Origin: Candidatus Eiseniibacteriota bacterium
GTDB taxonomy: Bacteria; Eisenbacteria; RBG-16-71-46; CAIMUX01; VGJL01
Reading direction: 5' to 3'
Assembly: GCA_041946735.1 (NCBI GenBank)
Contig: JBHGAY010000009.1
Location: 1 to 64,000, forward strand
Length of the DNA stretch: 64,000 bases
Shown here: in pieces, positions 58,718 to 64,000 of the stretch
How the letters are laid out: every line of letters begins with the position of its first letter
How positions within the stretch are numbered: position 1 is the first letter of the stretch
Notes under the pieces: model-generated
Databases searched by the model: none
The model's input: the letters and a program-made list of their open reading frames with translations, nothing else
What the model was told of the DNA's origin: nothing
Position numbers and translations under genes: made by a program

Positions 58718-59371
58718 TCACTCCTGCGGGATCAGGAACTCGTGGACCAGCTTCTGACGGCTCGACGGATCCAGGGCGCGGAGCAGCCCGTGCGCCGGCT
58801 CTCCGCCGTCGGGAAGAGCGGCCGCGACCTCCGCGCGCAGACCGTGCAGCGACTCGCGCAGCCGGGCGAACTCGGCCGCGAGCCAGGCGGTTGCGTCCTC
58901 GGCGATCCGCAGAGGACGGATCTCCTCGCCCAGCCTCTCGGCCTTCAGCGTGCAGAGCCAGCGTGAGGGATCCGGCAGATCGGAGCCGCCCTCGGGACGC
59001 TGCGTCTCGAGGAGAACTCCGGAGACCGGAGAGGAGATCGGGATTTCCTGATTGCCGATCACGACCGAAAGCAGCGTCTGGCCGCGCTCGATCCTCGATC
59101 CCTCGGCCGCGAACCGCACCTCGTCGATCGGGCCGAAGAGCCGCTCCGCCAGCTCATCGAGACCCACATGCACTCTCCCGTCCGCCGCCACCGTCAGCCA
59201 GACGTGGGACGGATGGAGGAACATTCCCGCCGGCATGCGACGCGGGCCGGGCAGCTCCCGAACCGGCGCCGCTACAGGCGCCAACGCTGCCTTCCTCTTG
59301 CGCGACGCGACGACGATCGCGTCGACGCCGAGGAAGAACAGGATCGTCCCCAGCACGAAAAGCGGAACCAT
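58718..59371 (-). CDS. membrane-anchored GcvH-like protein lacking the lipoyl-lysine
   Basis: N-terminal TM, HPSHVW, VHVGLDE, SPVSG and W. VVIGNQ occupies the place of the ESVK hairpin. Confidence 0.75.
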   Translation of the reverse strand: MVPLFVLGTILFFLGVDAIVVASRKRKAALAPVAAPVRELPGPRRMPAGMFLHPSHVWLTVAADGRVHVGLDELAERLFGPIDEVRFAAEGSRIERGQTLLSVVIGNQEIPISSPVSGVLLETQRPEGGSDLPDPSRWLCTLKAERLGEEIRPLRIAEDATAWLAAEFARLRESLHGLRAEVAAALPDGGEPAHGLLRALDPSSRQKLVHEFLIPQE

Positions 59372-59383
59372 GACGTACCTCCT

Positions 59384-60121
59384 CTACCGGCGGCGCTCGC
59401 CGGACCGGAGCATCCGCTCCTCGATCAGGCGCCGCCGCACTTCGGGCTCGATGTGATCCAGAACCGCGAGATCGAGGGTGCCCCCATCCGGCACGCTGCC
59501 GAACGCGATCGTGCGCTCCTCGACGAGAAGGTCGCGGACTCTCTCCAGCTCCTCGCGCAGCCACGCGACTGTCCGCTTGCCGTAGAGCAGGCGGGAGAGA
59601 TCGTCCTGAAGCCGGTCCGGACGCACCCGGGCAAGCCAGGCGTGCGCGCGATCCAGCTTCCGAAAGCCTCTCGGGTCTTCCACGAGCGTTCGGTTGACGG
59701 AGAGGACTTTCCCGCTCACGGGACACGGGAGAACGACCTCGCCGGCATCGCCGAGGAAGACCCAGTTGCGCCGCTTGGGACCGACGTTCGCACCGGCGTC
59801 GGGGACTCGGAGCTCCTGGAGAGATCCCAGGAGCCGGCGGCCGAGATCATCGACACCGACGTGAACGTTCCCCAGCCCGCTGACGCGAACGCAGAGATGG
59901 CTCGGGTGGTAGAAGCCGGTCCGCGAGTAGCGGAGACCGCCGATCGCCTTGGGCGCCCCTCGCGCCTCCGCTGCCTCCTCATGCAGGGCGTGCACGGGCG
60001 GCGACGATCCCTCCCGCAACGCCTGGTCCACCAGGCAGTGATCGCAGTCGTAGCCGCGATCACAGAGTCGGAAGGACAAGACTCCGGCAGACATCCAAAC
60101 GCACTTGTAGAGCGGCTCCAT
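59384..60121 (-). CDS. GcvH-like protein with an N-terminal Cys cluster, lacking the lipoyl-lysine
   Basis: CVWMSAGVLSFRLCDRGYDCDHC, then HPSHL, VHVGVDD and PVSGKVLSVN. GAGGAG RBS region. Confidence 0.75.
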   Translation of the reverse strand: MEPLYKCVWMSAGVLSFRLCDRGYDCDHCLVDQALREGSSPPVHALHEEAAEARGAPKAIGGLRYSRTGFYHPSHLCVRVSGLGNVHVGVDDLGRRLLGSLQELRVPDAGANVGPKRRNWVFLGDAGEVVLPCPVSGKVLSVNRTLVEDPRGFRKLDRAHAWLARVRPDRLQDDLSRLLYGKRTVAWLREELERVRDLLVEERTIAFGSVPDGGTLDLAVLDHIEPEVRRRLIEERMLRSGERRR

Positions 60122-60160
60122 GACCTCTCTCCTCGCCATTCCGCGACCACATTCTTGTGA

Positions 60161-60176
60161 AGCAGGGAACATGCCC
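60161..60176 (-). promoter_or_regulatory. sigma54 (-24/-12) promoter of the gcvH-like/NrfD operon
   Basis: The minus strand reads GGGCATGTTCCCTGCT (GG-N10-GC). The operon encodes its own NtrC-type activator. Confidence 0.55.
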
Positions 60177-60326
60177 GATGCTACTCGTCCTCCAGAAAGC
60201 TCGCATCTCCTTGGGTTCCCTAGCTTTCCCGCCCCGCTGGTGAGACTCGCGAAGACTCGGTGTAGAGGAGTTCTGTTGATGGATTCATCACTGCAACAGG
60301 GAGTATAACACCGATCGGACGTGGCC

Positions 60327-60391
60327 TGTTGCGCTGTCAACACTTACGGAGCCGCTGAAATTTTTATCAGCAGGTGTTGTATCTCTTAACA
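60327..60391. promoter_or_regulatory. putative bEBP upstream activator sites
   Basis: TGTTG-CGCTGT-CAACA (60327-60342) and TGTT-GTATCTCTT-AACA (60375-60391), 150-215 bp upstream of the sigma54 promoter. Confidence 0.45.
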
Positions 60392-60435
60392 GACGCCGGA
60401 TGACTCGCGCTCGCTGGGTGGTGGGACGAAAGGGC

Positions 60436-61191
60436 CTACGGCTTCGACCAGATCTCGTAGCACTCCCCAAAGACGCGGAGGACCGCTGCGGGAGCCAGGA
60501 GGGCGACCGGATCGAGGAGGGCCCCCGCCGCGCGCCTCTGCAATCGCGTGCTCGCTTCTCCCCTGGGCCGGCGGCATCGCTGCCGCGCGATGGGGCGCAG
60601 CGCGACCGATCCGCTCCTGCTCCATCCTCGTTCGAGCAGGATGTCCGGCTGCTCACCTCTCCATGCCGCGAAGAACAGCCGGCCACCCCGGCGGACGGCG
60701 GCGCCGATGGCGAGGATCTCCTTCTCCCGAGGGGGTGACGGGCGGCAGGCCGGATCCCCGATCAGCAGCGCTGCGTCGCATTCCTCTTCCCCGGGGAGGT
60801 CGGCGGGGCATCGCGCCCGCCCCTCGACCCCCGCATGCCGCAAGCGCTCGGCGCGCAACGGCCGATAGACGGGATTGGAGTCGAACGAGTCGATCCGCGA
60901 GAATCCCAGGCGCGCGAGCGCTACGGTCGCCGCGCCGGCGGCCGCGCCTCCGTGGAGCAGGCGCGCTTCGCGCGGAAGCTGCTGCAGCAGCATCCCCAGC
61001 CTCGCGCCGAGCCTCCCCGGCTCCTCCGAGACGAGCAGATCCTCGACGAGCGCCGGCCCCCTCCACGCGGCGGAGAGCCTCGAGAGGAACTCCATCGGGT
61101 ACGGCGTGGGGCGTCGATAGGAGGGCCCGACGAGAACGGCGAGCCCGCCGGAATCGGACTCCACGCGGACTCCGGCCGACGACCAGTTCAG
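60436..61191 (-). CDS. hypothetical protein, degenerate class I SAM-methyltransferase-like
   Basis: LLHGGAAAGAATVALA...IDSFD...DAALL...RRGGRLFF resembles the MTase fold motif order. Start uncertain. Confidence 0.4.
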   Translation of the reverse strand: MNWSSAGVRVESDSGGLAVLVGPSYRRPTPYPMEFLSRLSAAWRGPALVEDLLVSEEPGRLGARLGMLLQQLPREARLLHGGAAAGAATVALARLGFSRIDSFDSNPVYRPLRAERLRHAGVEGRARCPADLPGEEECDAALLIGDPACRPSPPREKEILAIGAAVRRGGRLFFAAWRGEQPDILLERGWSRSGSVALRPIARQRCRRPRGEASTRLQRRAAGALLDPVALLAPAAVLRVFGECYEIWSKP

Positions 61192-61505
61192 CGCCGCAGC
61201 CTCCGGCCGAGATGCCTCTCCACGGACTCGATTTTCGATTCGAGCCGTCCCGCTCCCCCGCGGCGATAGTCGATGCGGATCGAGACGGAGATCCGCTCGC
61301 AATCGGATCGAAGCTCCTCGAAGCAACGGGTGACGACGTCGAGGACCTCCGCCCACTCCCCTTCCAGTACCGTCCCCATCGGGTGAAGCCGGTAGTCGAT
61401 GCCGCTGCCGTCGATCACGTTCAGCACCCGGGCCACGTACGGACTCACCGAGACCCCGGCGCCAACCGGGCTCATCGAGAAATCGAGCAGAACGGGACCG
61501 CTCAT
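61188..61505 (-). CDS. MTH1187 family thiamine-binding protein
   Basis: LDFSMSPVG..VSVSPYVA...YRLHPMGTVLEGEW...IRIDYR. Confidence 0.85.
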   Translation of the reverse strand: MSGPVLLDFSMSPVGAGVSVSPYVARVLNVIDGSGIDYRLHPMGTVLEGEWAEVLDVVTRCFEELRSDCERISVSIRIDYRRGGAGRLESKIESVERHLGRRLRR

Positions 61506-62092
61506 TACGGATCCTCCTCCTGCGGCCGCATTCCAGCCTCCGGGGGACGCGGGATCTCCAACCCGGCTGCGGAGCACCGAGCACCCGGTCCGTCTCCGAA
61601 TCCAGAATGTCCGCCATACCTTGCCGGATCTCGGGTTTCGTCGGTTTCGCCGGTTGCACCGGTCTCTCCCATCCCCGGCACCCGACCGCCGGCCAGCACG
61701 GCCCGCAGCCATTCCGGAGAACGGACCGCTCTCCCCGAGGAGCGTTCCACGGGAAGGTGTGACGTCGTTCCATCGGCGAGGCATTCGCCGCCTCGCAGAA
61801 TCCGGTAGCCGAACACGATTCGTCTCGGGTGGTCCTCGTCCACCCACGATTCGATGTCCAGCAGATCGTCGTAGCGAGCTCCACGACGGAAGCGCAGCCG
61901 GGCTTCGACGACCGGAAGGGCGATCCCTCTTTCCTCGACCTCCCGGTAGGTCAGGCCCACCGCGCGGAGCCACTCGGTCCGCCCGACCTCGAACCAGACC
62001 AGATAGGCCGCGTTGTATGCGACCCCCATGGCATCGACGTCGGCATAGCGCACGCGAATCGGGACCCGGATCGCGTTCCGGGGATCCTCCAT
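61505..62092 (-). CDS. acyl-CoA thioesterase (YbgC/4HBT family)
   Basis: IRVRYADVDAMGVAYNAAYLVWFEVGRTEW and LPVVE. Confidence 0.88.
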   Translation of the reverse strand: MEDPRNAIRVPIRVRYADVDAMGVAYNAAYLVWFEVGRTEWLRAVGLTYREVEERGIALPVVEARLRFRRGARYDDLLDIESWVDEDHPRRIVFGYRILRGGECLADGTTSHLPVERSSGRAVRSPEWLRAVLAGGRVPGMGETGATGETDETRDPARYGGHSGFGDGPGARCSAAGLEIPRPPEAGMRPQEEDP

Positions 62093-62249
62093 TTTCACCC
62101 CCTTCCGTCAAGCCGGCGGAAGGGTAGCATGTCCGCAAGCCTTGCCCGGCGCTTTGCGCCGGTGCTACCCTTATTCACGAAGCTTCTATCGAGGGAGCGC
62201 TCGAGCCATTCACGAAGCTTCCATCAAGGATTGCTCGAGGAGGATGTGT

Positions 62250-62828
62250 ATGCGCCCGCGCAATGCGCTGCGGCATCGAGTGCTCGGCCTGATCGTTAGC
62301 CTCTGGCTCGGAGCCGCCGCGGGCTCGACGGCTTTTGCCATCGAGGTAGGCGATCATGCCCCGGACTTCACGCTCAGCGATTTGAGCGGGATGTACCACA
62401 CGCTCTCGGGCTACTCCTCCCACCCGGTGCTCCTGATGTTCCTCGAATGCGACGGGGCCACATCGATCTCGACCGCTCCCCTCGTCCAGAACGATTTCTT
62501 CTATCCCTATGTCAGCCGGGGGCTGTTCGTGCTCGGCCTCGACACGGCGGGGTGCGACTCGGAAGCCCTCACTCAGTTCCAGTACCAGACCAGCGTCGAT
62601 TTCCCTCTGCTCAGCAACGCGGGCAGCACCGCCTCCGCCTACGGTCTCGTCGCTCCAAGCTTCGTGATCCTCGATGGTGGCGGCACCGTCCGGTACGTCG
62701 GCCGGGGTCCGGGAACGGGGGGATACGACCCCTCGACCATGCGCGGAGTCGTCGAGCAGTGTCTGCGCGAGGCGAACAACACGAAGACGGCGACGTGGGG
62801 GCTGATCAAGAGCCTCTATAGCGGATAG
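62250..62828 (+). CDS. exported redoxin (TlpA/AhpC-like fold) without CxxC, with a C-terminal TWGLIKSLY motif
   Basis: Signal peptide, VGDHAPDFTLSDLSG, FPLL, P..VILD..G.VRY; ends KTATWGLIKSLYSG. Confidence 0.75.
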   Translation: MRPRNALRHRVLGLIVSLWLGAAAGSTAFAIEVGDHAPDFTLSDLSGMYHTLSGYSSHPVLLMFLECDGATSISTAPLVQNDFFYPYVSRGLFVLGLDTAGCDSEALTQFQYQTSVDFPLLSNAGSTASAYGLVAPSFVILDGGGTVRYVGRGPGTGGYDPSTMRGVVEQCLREANNTKTATWGLIKSLYSG

Positions 62829-62849
62829 GCCCGGCTCCCACCTTCTCGC

Positions 62850-63863
62850 CTAACCTGCCCGCATCACTCCGAGACCGGGTGTCTGCGTCGGCGCGACCGT
62901 CGCCCCGGCCAGCACCAGCCCCGTGTACGGATCAGCTTCGAGATGCAGGGGCGAATCGAGGTCGATCCGGTCGGCCAGCGCCTGCAGATGCGCGGACGCG
63001 GAGATGCCGAGCGAGCTCTCGAAGAAGCAGCCGAGCAGGACCTGAAGCCCATGCGCCCGGGCGACGTGGATCGCCCGAAGCGCCTCGCGGATGCCTCCCA
63101 TCTTCGCCATCTTCACGTTGACGCCGTCGATTCCTCCCGCGCAGGCGGCCAGCGCGACGTCCTCCGAGGAGCGCACCTCCTCGTCGAGGAAAATCGGGAT
63201 GCCGAGGAGGGGCCGCACGCGCGCGTATTCCTCATAGCGCCCGATCGGGAACGGCTGCTCGATCAGCTCGACCGAATCCCTCTGAAGGATCGGCGCGAGC
63301 CTCACCAAGGACTCCGGATCGAGACCCTGATTGGCGTCCACCCAGATGCGGACCTCCTCTCCTCCCGCCATCCGGATCTCGTGGATGATGTCCGGATCGG
63401 TGTCGCTCGCGACCTTGATCTTCAGGATGTGAAAGCCGGCCGCAAGCCATCGCCGCGCCGCATCGAGCATCGCGGACGGCTCGTCGACGCCGATGGACAC
63501 GCAGGTCGAGCGGTTCTCGAGGGCGAGGCCGAGGAGATGGCAGACCGGCAGTCCGGTGAGCTTCCCGAGCAGGTCGTGCAGCGCGATATCCACCGCGGAG
63601 CGGGCGGGCGCGCTCGGGATGTCGCCGAGAATATCGTCCATCAGCCAGGGGGTGCGCCCGCGGAGCGGGAGCTGCTGCAGCAGGTCCCTGTCCTCGTCGA
63701 AGCGCATGGTGTACGCCTCCCCCTCTCCCCAGACTCCACCCGCGCGAATGCGATAGAGAAGTGTGCGGTGCTCGCGGATCGTCTTGGTGTTCGTGCGGAA
63801 GGTCGACCGCAGCGTCAGGTCGAGCGAATCGATCTCAACGTCTTCGATCCGGATCCGGATCAT
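62850..63863 (-). CDS. dipeptide (L-Ala-D/L-Glu) epimerase, enolase superfamily
   Basis: GEGEA, DIALHDL, KIKV, VDANQ, IEQP, LDE, NVKMAK and DLD. Confidence 0.88.
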   Translation of the reverse strand: MIRIRIEDVEIDSLDLTLRSTFRTNTKTIREHRTLLYRIRAGGVWGEGEAYTMRFDEDRDLLQQLPLRGRTPWLMDDILGDIPSAPARSAVDIALHDLLGKLTGLPVCHLLGLALENRSTCVSIGVDEPSAMLDAARRWLAAGFHILKIKVASDTDPDIIHEIRMAGGEEVRIWVDANQGLDPESLVRLAPILQRDSVELIEQPFPIGRYEEYARVRPLLGIPIFLDEEVRSSEDVALAACAGGIDGVNVKMAKMGGIREALRAIHVARAHGLQVLLGCFFESSLGISASAHLQALADRIDLDSPLHLEADPYTGLVLAGATVAPTQTPGLGVMRAG

Positions 63864-64000
63864 TCAACTCCTCCTACTCGGCGGATCGGAAAAGCCCGCT
63901 TCGCGGAATCCCTTCGCGCGAAGCGAGCATGCGTCGCAGCGGCCGCAAGGGCTCCCGTCGGGGAGCGGGTCGTAGCAGCTGGAAGTGAGGGCGAAGTCGA
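63864..64000 (-). CDS. queC: 7-cyano-7-deazaguanine synthase, C-terminal fragment
   Basis: Manual translation [37 protein letters not shown] matches the QueC Zn-binding C-terminus. Confidence 0.85.
   Translation of the reverse strand, partial: DFALTSSCYDPLPDGSPCGRCDACSLRAKGFREAGFSDPPSRRS

Noticed and set aside
58718..60121. Functional glycine cleavage system H proteins (gcvH)
   Set aside because: The lipoylation lysine is absent and there is no gcvT/gcvP nearby.

Overview
GC-rich diderm bacterial DNA. The PorV-like barrel, several FlgD-Ig/'PNP'-tailed secreted proteins and a C-terminal TWGLIKSLY motif suggest Ca. Eisenbacteria or a related FCB-group lineage (inference). Housekeeping genes include an M23 peptidase, HtrA, lpxH, rlmN, an ECF sigma/anti-sigma pair, eno, ftsB-like, tRNA-fMet, lepB, a fumarase-family lyase, a fused E1 alpha/beta, glk and partial queC. 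Four accessory modules stand out. (1) 6.57-10.44 kb: a small secreted peptide gene, a TPR-sigma54 activator, and a sigma54-promoted, terminator-bounded ~280-nt transcript with five GAGCCC repeats; this is a candidate peptide-signalling/sRNA circuit. (2) 19.6-25.3 kb: a radical-SAM/SPASM RiPP cluster with three tiny Cys-containing precursor genes missed by the ORF track, followed by an ABC exporter and an outer-membrane protein. (3) 29.5-37.2 kb: an 1807-aa dikinase-like protein with GWD-like domain order, coupled to a malic enzyme whose catalytic residues are substituted. (4) 40.6-60.2 kb: an extracellular electron transfer region with an OmcS-like hexaheme nanowire cytochrome, 26-, 16- and 7-heme cytochromes, a beta-barrel, an NHL protein and a PPIase, next to an NrfD/4Fe-4S module, lipoyl-less GcvH-like proteins and a heme-binding sensor kinase. 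All family assignments come from motif recognition by eye; no database searches were run.
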